A stretch of DNA of 59,696 bases from a virus (taxonomy: Duplodnaviria; Caudoviricetes), in IMG/VR virus record IMGVR_UViG_3300044831_000011, positions 1-59,696 of that record; one strand, 5' to 3'. Below the pieces are notes generated by a model. That model saw nothing but the letters and a program-made list of their open reading frames with translations, searched no databases and was not told the origin of the DNA. The position numbers and the translations under genes were made by a program. This document shows, one piece after another, positions 9,262 through 16,022 of this stretch (positions are counted from its first letter, which is position 1; each line of letters opens with the position of its first letter).

Positions 9262-10122
9262 TTACCACCTCCCGTTACTGTCGTGAATTGGGTCGCCCAT
9301 GTTTGGAAGTTCGCGGTTCAGCCGCATCTCGAAGTCAATGCGCTGCTTCAGGCTGACTCTTTCCACTGTGGCGAGAAGGTTTTCTATCGTGGTGCCTTGA
9401 TATTCAGGGGCGCAATCCGAGGCCGTGGACTGCACCCCTGTCTCTACCGATGCGGTGAGCCCCGGCAAAATTTGGGAGTCAGGAGGTGGGCCTTGATACC
9501 CACTGGTCATACAGCCACTCACTTGCGCAACTGGTGGCTTTGCGCTTGAGGGGGACACGCGATCTCTTGTGTATGATCCGGCGCGTGTGTCTACCTCGCG
9601 TCCTTCCGCGATGCCACTGACTCCCTCTCTGCCCAATGGAACGGGCAAACTTAAGAAGTCAGTGGGGCGACCTACAGAGCTGTGCACAGCGCATTCGGAA
9701 CGTTTACGACTCCCCGTACTGACTTCATCCTCAGTATTAAGCGCCTCCACATGAGGGCACTCAGACCGAGAACTTTGAAGCGGCGAAGCTGGGATACACA
9801 CAACCTCGCCGCTGCTGCCAACCTGAAGGCTATCTATGACCGGCGCACTGCCGGTAGCCTGGTCGGCAACGTCTAAAATGTTTGCTGTGCTCAACTGCCG
9901 GCATTCCTGACACTTCAGCCGGGCAATGATCTGTGCTGCTGTGAAGTGGCAATTGAAATCGCCTCGCACGCCACAGAGCGCGACAAACGTATTCCCGCCA
10001 TTCGCCGCAGAGGCATCCGTTTCCAGGTGGTACGGCCCTGCTTCAACTTCTGAAACCCATGCGTATTTCTTGGGATTTGGGGCGAAGACTCCTGAGAGCA
10101 GCACGTCCATTAACTGACTCAT
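9262..10122 (-). CDS. Hypothetical protein: N-terminal Zn-binding domain and a middle encoded by structured RNA-like DNA
   Basis: H...LCG...CQEC N-terminus; central part is hairpin-rich with atypical composition. Confidence 0.5.
   Translation of the reverse strand: MSQLMDVLLSGVFAPNPKKYAWVSEVEAGPYHLETDASAANGGNTFVALCGVRGDFNCHFTAAQIIARLKCQECRQLSTANILDVADQATGSAPVIDSLQVGSSGEVVCIPASPLQSSRSECPHVEALNTEDEVSTGSRKRSECAVHSSVGRPTDFLSLPVPLGREGVSGIAEGREVDTRAGSYTRDRVSPSSAKPPVAQVSGCMTSGYQGPPPDSQILPGLTASVETGVQSTASDCAPEYQGTTIENLLATVERVSLKQRIDFEMRLNRELPNMGDPIHDSNGRW
9474..9625 (-). ncRNA. tRNA-like RNA, copy B
   Basis: GGGAGTCAGTGG-CA-TCGC[GGAAGGAC]GCGA ... A-GTGGG[TATCAAGG]CCCAC-CTCCTGACTCCC; same loops as copy A, different stems. 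Confidence 0.7.
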
Positions 10123-10478
10123 GCCTGCACCGCCTCTGCCTTTTTAAGGGCGGCTCTTCCGGCGGCAAGAATGCATCCTTTATGCGCGACGCACTCCACA
10201 GCAAGGCGGCATTCATAGCAGCATCCAACGATGTAACCATTTTCTCTACGCGGCCTCTCGGCTTCCTGCTTGATGGCTACTGGTGGAAGCTCGACGGAGC
10301 GCGGGAAGCTGCTGCCATTTACCTCGTGAAGTCCGCTCTTGGTATCATGGCAATAAATATTTCGCGCCACATTCCGGTATGCCCTTAACGATTCATCCTG
10401 CGTTACCGTGGCCCAGCATCCTGTGCAGAGAGTCTCCTGTGAGTCCTTTAAGGGAGTGGTCATTGGCCACCGCACCAT
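10119..10478 (-). CDS. Cys-rich hypothetical protein
   Basis: Coupled ORF with CxxC motifs. Confidence 0.45.
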   Translation of the reverse strand: MVRWPMTTPLKDSQETLCTGCWATVTQDESLRAYRNVARNIYCHDTKSGLHEVNGSSFPRSVELPPVAIKQEAERPRRENGYIVGCCYECRLAVECVAHKGCILAAGRAALKKAEAVQA

Positions 10479-10765
10479 TTCCGCATGGCCTTGAGATCAG
10501 CAGCATTGAACTTTTCACAGCCGATTCTGAAAGTGGCCTTTGTGCGCTTTACCTGGAAATCTTGGAATTTTGGCTTTTCGTCTAGGGGCTGCGCTTTGGC
10601 ATGAGCTACATCCGCGCCTCCTAAAACATTTCTTACGGCATTCTTCGTCATGCGGTAAAAGAGATTCCCATTGCCACACCAATCAACAACCAAATGAGTA
10701 GAGGTCAGCCAGCGAGTACTGCTGCCCCAACCCGGCCGCGTGCTCAATTCAATTTTCTTTGCCAT
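10460..10765 (-). CDS. Hypothetical protein
   Basis: MAKKIEL start with GGAG SD. Confidence 0.55.
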   Translation of the reverse strand: MAKKIELSTRPGWGSSTRWLTSTHLVVDWCGNGNLFYRMTKNAVRNVLGGADVAHAKAQPLDEKPKFQDFQVKRTKATFRIGCEKFNAADLKAMRKWCGGQ

Positions 10766-10808
10766 CTCTCCGTCTCCTCTTCTTTCCGAACTTAGCGGGG
10801 CCGTGCGG

Positions 10809-11033
10809 TTACGCAGCGTCGTCTTCGTGTGGAATGTGCTTTTCCTGGCTGTCCAGCTTTTCGATTTCGTTCTGCAATTCCCACGCGACATCCGGGTGCA
10901 TTACGCCACCTTCGCGGTGAAGTCCCAAGGCTGCAGCGAACACGTCAACAATCGCCATCTGCGCCGAAAGGATTTCATTGCGCCTGCGAAGATCGACGAT
11001 TTCCTGCTTTGCTTGCATCAAAATATGTTTCAT
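10809..11033 (-). CDS. Hypothetical protein
   Basis: AAGGAG SD; coiled coil. Confidence 0.6.
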   Translation of the reverse strand: MKHILMQAKQEIVDLRRRNEILSAQMAIVDVFAAALGLHREGGVMHPDVAWELQNEIEKLDSQEKHIPHEDDAA

Positions 11034-11145
11034 TTATTTCTCCTTTTTTGAATTAGCGGGGCTGAGTATCCAGCCCCCTATCTGCCTGTTTGTGTCGCCC
11101 AGAGCTGCCAGGCCCTTCGGAGCAATCCCACTCAAGCAAAAATCG

Positions 11146-11580
11146 TTAGCGCGTTCTCCGCGCGTGTTCCATAAAGTCTTCCGTTTTGGAAATGGCAGCG
11201 CCCGCTTTGGAGATGGCAGCGCGGATTGGCGCAAGTTGGGCGATGGATGCCTTAAGGCGAATCAGCTCATTCTCGGCATGGTTCAGCGCGGCCAGCATGT
11301 CTGGGGCTGCGGCGATGAGATGGGCATTGGCTTTGTATTCGCCAAAGTCCACATCGTCAGGCCAAACGCCCTCGTAAACATCAATCGAGTGGACGCTGAA
11401 ATATTCGCTTGGGTCGGCAATGGCGGAGGCCATGCGGAGCGTAAAAGCTCCATTCTCTTCTTCGTAATCAATCATCCACGGGCCGGGAGTGTGTGCGGAC
11501 TGCTTTGTGGGGATATCACTATGAGCAGCAGACGTAATCTGTCTGTTATTCGATTCGGATGTATTGTGGTGGCGTTCCAT
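11146..11580 (-). CDS. Phage protein of the HTPGPW...ANAxLIAAAP family
   Basis: HTPGPW and ANAHLIAAAPDML motifs. Confidence 0.75.
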   Translation of the reverse strand: MERHHNTSESNNRQITSAAHSDIPTKQSAHTPGPWMIDYEEENGAFTLRMASAIADPSEYFSVHSIDVYEGVWPDDVDFGEYKANAHLIAAAPDMLAALNHAENELIRLKASIAQLAPIRAAISKAGAAISKTEDFMEHARRTR

Positions 11581-11640
11581 GGCTACCCTTTGGGTAGTAG
11601 CCGAACGCCTTAAGTGCGGCGGGTGCGCTTGAGTGGCATC

Positions 11641-11678
11641 TTATGAGTCTGCTGCTCTAACCATTGAGCTACAGGCCC
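11641..11678 (-). other. 5' half of a CAU-anticodon tRNA (Ile2/Met type); putative attP core
   Basis: GGGCCTG-TA-GCTC-AATGGTTA-GAGC-A-GCAGA-CTCATAA with no T arm or 3' acceptor strand; 360 bp downstream of the integrase. Confidence 0.7.
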
Positions 11679-11758
11679 GTCTGCTGCTCAAACGCCACCA
11701 TTTTAGCAAATAAGGCGTTCGATTACTGGTTGTGCGGAAAGCTCCGCAGGTTCAATGT

Positions 11759-11971
11759 TTAAGCGGTCTTTTCGTAAAGAACACGCCGTGAAAGTCCAAT
11801 TTTGCAAAGAATTAACTCGCCTGGGTCGCTCTTGCCGCGATATACATTGGACAAATAAGACTCGGAAATCCCAAGCTCTTGTTCCGCGAATTCACGCGCC
11901 GTCCGCTTCCCCTGTTTCTTCTTTAGAAGGTCAACAACTTCGGGCGCGGTAAGCATCTGGTTTCTTTTCAC
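11759..11971 (-). CDS. Cro-like XRE helix-turn-helix regulator
   Basis: TAREFAEQELGISESYLSNVYRG HTH; probable leaderless GTG start. Confidence 0.8.
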   Translation of the reverse strand: MKRNQMLTAPEVVDLLKKKQGKRTAREFAEQELGISESYLSNVYRGKSDPGELILCKIGLSRRVLYEKTA

Positions 11972-11978
11972 AACGTGA

Positions 11979-12006
11979 ATACTACTACACTTTTCCAACT
12001 TGTCAA
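11979..12006 (-). promoter_or_regulatory. Leftward early sigma70-type promoter
   Basis: TTGACA-16 bp-TAGTAT; predicted +1 coincides with GTG at 11971. Confidence 0.6.
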
Positions 12007-12039
12007 GCACTCTGGAAGGATTTTTTTCTGGCTGTGTTT

Positions 12040-13233
12040 TCATGCGGTTACACCCCTTCCATTTCTCCGCTGTGGAAATTCGGACTGAGGCTTCTTGCGA
12101 TCCGGGTCTATCAGGTCAAGCGCGGCGGCTTTTACCGTAGTCCGATGCTGGTCATAGTATCTGGTCATTTCATCTGAGACATGGCCAGCTACGGAACGAA
12201 CGGTTTCAATCGGCACCCCCGATTCAAGCATTTTGGTTATCGGCTGATTGCGGAAGTTTCGCCGGCTGATCCTGAAGGGAATGATTTTCAATTCCAGCGC
12301 CTTGGCTACCAGCTTGTTCCATTGGGCATTCGTCCAGGATGAGGACGCGGGACGCAACGGATCAAACAGGCCGCGCTTTACCCGGAACGGAAATACATAG
12401 TGGTGCGGTTGCGTTGATCCGCGCTTTGCCGCCCTTTCCAGCATGCGCTCAACCATCTTTTTGCCGCGTATATTTAGAGGGATGATACGAGGCCGATGTT
12501 CGTTTTTGGCTCCCAGCGGCACAGTGATTGTGGCAGGTTCGCCAGCAAGGTCAATGTCTGATAGCTGCATCAGGCGCAATTCAACGCCGTAAGCGGTCGT
12601 ATTGTTGGAAAGGGAAGCTTCCCAATAGGCACCCCACCAGCTTTGGTCACTCGCGGCCAACTCAAAAAAATCATCTTCCTGTTTGACGGTTAACACTCTG
12701 GGCTTGCCACGGCGCGGAACTTGCAGCGTTCGATAGTGTTCCGCAATCGGTTGCCATAGTCCGGCCTTCCGCATGATCTGAGAAAGGGTATTCAGGTCGT
12801 GGTTCACGTTGGCAGGACTGTACAGCTTTTTATTGATGCGCTGATATTCCTGAATGTGTCCGATGTGGATTTGATCTAGCCTCTCCGGCCATGGAAAGGA
12901 ATTGAGGCGCAGAATGTAATCGTCATAGCATTTGATCGTGCTTTCCGCTACGTATTCGCTATGTTGTTCTTTCCATTTTTCAGCCGCTTGTTTGAGTGGT
13001 AATTCCTTCAGGTCAGTAGCTTTTTCCACGATGGCCAGCCTTGCGCGTTCGGCGCTTACTTCAAATTCTGTTCTGAATGCCCCAAATCTTATCGCCTTAA
13101 TTTCGCTTTTACCAGACACAAAATCTTGGGTATTCAGCTCTGAAGGAACGCTAGCCATAGGTTTTCTTGCGTTTAAATTTACTGGCTCTTTCATAGGAAC
13201 TGCCCAGAGGGCAGAAGTGGATGAGTGCGTCAT
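12040..13233 (-). CDS. int: Tyrosine recombinase/integrase with atypical catalytic motifs
   Basis: Core-binding domain, KNEHRPRIIPL, RxxR box, GH-x8-Y (AGHVSDEMTRYY). Confidence 0.85.
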   Translation of the reverse strand: MTHSSTSALWAVPMKEPVNLNARKPMASVPSELNTQDFVSGKSEIKAIRFGAFRTEFEVSAERARLAIVEKATDLKELPLKQAAEKWKEQHSEYVAESTIKCYDDYILRLNSFPWPERLDQIHIGHIQEYQRINKKLYSPANVNHDLNTLSQIMRKAGLWQPIAEHYRTLQVPRRGKPRVLTVKQEDDFFELAASDQSWWGAYWEASLSNNTTAYGVELRLMQLSDIDLAGEPATITVPLGAKNEHRPRIIPLNIRGKKMVERMLERAAKRGSTQPHHYVFPFRVKRGLFDPLRPASSSWTNAQWNKLVAKALELKIIPFRISRRNFRNQPITKMLESGVPIETVRSVAGHVSDEMTRYYDQHRTTVKAAALDLIDPDRKKPQSEFPQRRNGRGVTA

Positions 13234-13313
13234 TTTTCGTTGCTCCTGAAGTATGAATTGGTATTAAGAAAATATTTATGAATTGTCGTGCGCGAAGAAT
13301 CCTAGCAGAAATC

Positions 13314-13377
13314 CGGTACACTGTGCCAGATTTATTTTCTTTCGCCCTTGACTAATCGCGGTACAGTGTGCCAGAAT
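13314..13377. promoter_or_regulatory. Two operator-like repeats overlapping divergent promoters
   Basis: CGGTACACTGTGCCAGA (13314-13330) and CGGTACAGTGTGCCAGA (13359-13375), quasi-palindromic; rightward TTGACT-18 bp-CAGAAT, leftward TGnTAGGAT. Confidence 0.7.
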
Positions 13378-13384
13378 ACTTTTC

Positions 13385-13855
13385 ATGTACCAACCTTACA
13401 TTGATATTCTTAAGCGTTTGGGCGCGCCTCTCTGGTGGGACGAAAACGGAGTCCCGCGATATGAAGATTTTGCACCTCGGGACTGCGCCAATATTTACGC
13501 AGAGTTTGCGGCCCTACTGGAAATACGTTGCCAAGGATGCGATAGGCTGTTCCCCGTTGCGTCCACTTGGGGCATATCCGACGCAATTATCGCTAACCGT
13601 CTTGATGATGTGGTCTGGGATGCAGAGGGGAAGAATCCAACGCCAAAGCATGGTCTCCCGAAAGAGGGCAGCGCGGGAGCTTTTGGTTATGGAGATGCCC
13701 CTTGGCATGACTATGATGGCGGATTCAATGGCCAGTGCGCGGGAACAACCATGACGACTGCAACCGTGCGAGTCTTGCAATTCTGGGACAAGCGCAGCTA
13801 TGACCTTAAGCGCCTACCAGAGTGCGAGGTTTACGTTGGCGAGGATAAAGAATAA
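13385..13855 (+). CDS. Hypothetical protein (CxxC)
   Basis: First gene of the rightward operon; probably leaderless. Confidence 0.7.
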   Translation: MYQPYIDILKRLGAPLWWDENGVPRYEDFAPRDCANIYAEFAALLEIRCQGCDRLFPVASTWGISDAIIANRLDDVVWDAEGKNPTPKHGLPKEGSAGAFGYGDAPWHDYDGGFNGQCAGTTMTTATVRVLQFWDKRSYDLKRLPECEVYVGEDKE

Positions 13856-14079
13856 TGCCTCGCTCTGCTTTACAATCTCCCGGCATGACACCAAAAGCGT
13901 TTGCTCCAGTGTGGAAGTGCCGACATTGCAAGTATCAGTGGCTCATTGTGAATGAAAACAAAGAGCCGGAACGCTGTCCAAATCGGAATTGCCGCGCCGT
14001 GGACTGGAATCGCAAGCCTAAGAAGGCAGGCAGGCCCAAGGGAACCAAGAAGAAGAAAGGGAATCATGGCAAAAATTGA
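13855..14079 (+). CDS. Zinc-ribbon protein with basic AT-hook-like tail; candidate DNA-binding regulator
   Basis: CRHC..W...P..CP..C...WN then KAGRPKG. Confidence 0.65.
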   Translation: MPRSALQSPGMTPKAFAPVWKCRHCKYQWLIVNENKEPERCPNRNCRAVDWNRKPKKAGRPKGTKKKKGNHGKN

Positions 14080-14242
14080 GGACAGCACGGCGGCAACGGT
14101 TGAGTGCAGCTATTCCAACATTGGCGAAGAGTGGTGTGCCGCGCTGATTGACGAGAACGGGCGCACCCTGAAATATGGCAAGTCCAGTTCGAGGGCAGAG
14201 GCACTGCGTAATTTGGCCGATGCCATTGAAGACGAATTTTAA
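14066..14242 (+). CDS. Small HicB-N-like protein
   Basis: GKSSSRAEALRNLADAI resembles the HicB G.T.EEA..N..EA motif. Confidence 0.5.
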   Translation: MAKIEDSTAATVECSYSNIGEEWCAALIDENGRTLKYGKSSSRAEALRNLADAIEDEF

Positions 14243-14265
14243 CCCCGAATCCACCAAGTGAGGAG

Positions 14266-14511
14266 ATGGACAATATGGCCAAAATAACAGTCACGATCAA
14301 AGATCCAGATGTTCTAGATGAGGCGGTCACCGAATCGGTTGAGGCGGAAGTGAAGGCAATGAATCTGCCGGAAGACGAGGCGGAAATGCTGATCGAAGCG
14401 CGGATCGACAAAACCAAAAAGGCCATGAGTAAGTGGTGGGAATACTCAGAATACATTGTGGTCGAGTTCGACATGGAAGCGATGTCTGCCAAAGTTATTG
14501 AACGAAAATGA
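14266..14511 (+). CDS. Acidic hypothetical protein
   Basis: GAGGAG SD. Confidence 0.7.
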   Translation: MDNMAKITVTIKDPDVLDEAVTESVEAEVKAMNLPEDEAEMLIEARIDKTKKAMSKWWEYSEYIVVEFDMEAMSAKVIERK

Positions 14512-14541
14512 GCCCCGGCCCCACCAAGGATAGGTGAAACC

Positions 14542-14709
14542 ATGGCTGAAAATCTTAAAATTCGCACTGAACACGTTAACCCGCCGATCCCGATCCGCAC
14601 GAAGGATTGGTCGGCATGGATTGATGGCCGCGAGGAAGATGGGCCATTTGGATACGGCAGAACGGAGCAAGAAGCCATTGCCGATTTACAGGAACTTTTA
14701 GAGGAATAG
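14542..14709 (+). CDS. Small HicB-N-like protein (55 aa, not in the ORF track)
   Basis: MAENLKIRTEHVNPPIPIRTKDWSAW...GYGRTEQEAIADLQELLEE; AGGTG SD. Confidence 0.65.
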   Translation: MAENLKIRTEHVNPPIPIRTKDWSAWIDGREEDGPFGYGRTEQEAIADLQELLEE

Positions 14710-14711
14710 TG

Positions 14712-14741
14712 ATGACAAATAACAATCTCTGCCCTTATCAT
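14712..14741 (+). promoter_or_regulatory. Promoter for the peptide/7-TM cassette
   Basis: ATGACA-18 bp-TATCAT with predicted +1 at ATG 14749; inverted repeat TGCCCTT/AAGGGCA spans the -10. Confidence 0.5.
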
Positions 14742-14748
14742 GAAGGGC

Positions 14749-14889
14749 ATGAAAACACGCATTCTTTTCGCAATCATAGTGTTAGCCGCCGTGGGCTTTG
14801 GAACGTGTCATGCGTCCAAGGTTCGAGAACTCAAACAGCAAACAGACGGGCCACCGTGCATTCCGCACATGATCTGTCCTGTGGGGTAA
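14749..14889 (+). CDS. Secreted pre-peptide (46 aa) with C-terminal Pro/Cys motif
   Basis: MKTRILFAIIVLAAVGFGTCHA signal peptide followed by SKVRELKQQTDGPPCIPHMICPVG; ends 4 nt before the 7-TM gene. Confidence 0.75.
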   Translation: MKTRILFAIIVLAAVGFGTCHASKVRELKQQTDGPPCIPHMICPVG

Positions 14890-14893
14890 CAGC

Positions 14894-15559
14894 ATGACGG
14901 CGGCTTATCTCGCATGGGCCGCCGAACTGCTCCTTGAATGCGCTGGAGCATACTGCAACCTCAAGCGCTCCAAACTTCTCTCGCTGATCCTGATTCTCTG
15001 CGCCATCTCGGATATGGCCACGTTCCTGGTCTTCCAGCTTTTCAGCCGCACGGTTTACGCATGGTCTTATTGGGGCGCGCACTCGCTAAAGGGCTTACTG
15101 CTGATCTGGCTGGGCTGCTCCATATGTGGCATGTTCGCTGCCGAGAAAGACAAGCTTAAGATCGTCTTTGGTAGCGGCTTCATCTCAGCTTCGATTATGT
15201 CTTTTGTGATGTTCGCGTTTTTCCGTGGCGATTCGCTGAAAGACCGACTGCTAGATGCTGAGATCGTCGCCAGCATGATTCTGTTGGCCATGGTGGCCTT
15301 GGGCTGGCTGGGCAGAAGCTCTTACCTCTCGCCAGCGTGGAAGGTGATTACGGCGGGATTCGTGCTCATGGTCGGCAGCGATTTGCTGTTTACTGCGCTC
15401 TGGATGTTTTGGGGTGGAGCGCGGCACTGGTATCCTCTGGGCACCATCACGGCCTATCTGGTTTGGGTAGCAGGGCCATTGATGCCCCATCGGTTGAAGG
15501 ATTGCCGACTGAGTTTAGGCCAGCGGGTGCAGGAAGCGGAAAGGGTTTCAGTATGCTGA
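14894..15559 (+). CDS. Seven-transmembrane membrane protein (candidate peptide receptor)
   Basis: Seven hydrophobic segments, YAWSYW at the start of TM3, short charged C-terminal tail. Confidence 0.8.
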   Translation: MTAAYLAWAAELLLECAGAYCNLKRSKLLSLILILCAISDMATFLVFQLFSRTVYAWSYWGAHSLKGLLLIWLGCSICGMFAAEKDKLKIVFGSGFISASIMSFVMFAFFRGDSLKDRLLDAEIVASMILLAMVALGWLGRSSYLSPAWKVITAGFVLMVGSDLLFTALWMFWGGARHWYPLGTITAYLVWVAGPLMPHRLKDCRLSLGQRVQEAERVSVC

Positions 15560-15711
15560 AAGCATGGGTGCTGTTCAATCTGGACGGCAAGCCAGAATTT
15601 ATTGATTCAGACTTGACCGAAGAAGCGTTTAAGAATTGGTATCTGAAATATCTAGATCAGGGCTGGAAAGCAAAATTCTGCGAAATAAATCCAATTTTGG
15701 ACGCGAGATAG
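15553..15711 (+). CDS. Hypothetical protein (52 aa)
   Basis: MLKAWVLFN..., overlaps the 7-TM stop. Confidence 0.5.
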   Translation: MLKAWVLFNLDGKPEFIDSDLTEEAFKNWYLKYLDQGWKAKFCEINPILDAR

Positions 15712-15722
15712 GCGGTGCGGAC

Positions 15723-15932
15723 GTGATTGATTATTTATGCTTTCTTTGCCCCGTTTGCCAGAATGATGGCAGCACTCGATACTCGCTGGAAATGGAACCA
15801 CGCAATGGCGATTGGGTGATTAAATGTGCCTGCTGTAAAACTATGTCCGTGTACATATTCGACGGTCAGTATTGGATGGCGCATATATTACAAGCGGGTA
15901 TCGAGATGCATGAAAAATCCCTTGCAACCTAA
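15723..15932 (+). CDS. Zinc-ribbon protein
   Basis: CPVC...CACC. Confidence 0.5.
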   Translation: MIDYLCFLCPVCQNDGSTRYSLEMEPRNGDWVIKCACCKTMSVYIFDGQYWMAHILQAGIEMHEKSLAT

Positions 15933-16022
15933 AAACGTAACGTGCTAGTGTAAATCCCAGAGCTGCCAGGCTCCATTTTTTAGCAATTCCCTTCTCAGGC
16001 AAGAGACGAAAGTTTCTTGTCC

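Noticed and set aside
11600-11678. Complete tRNA-Met/Ile gene
   Set aside because: No T arm, 3' acceptor strand or CCA; the anticodon stem pairs only 3 of 5.
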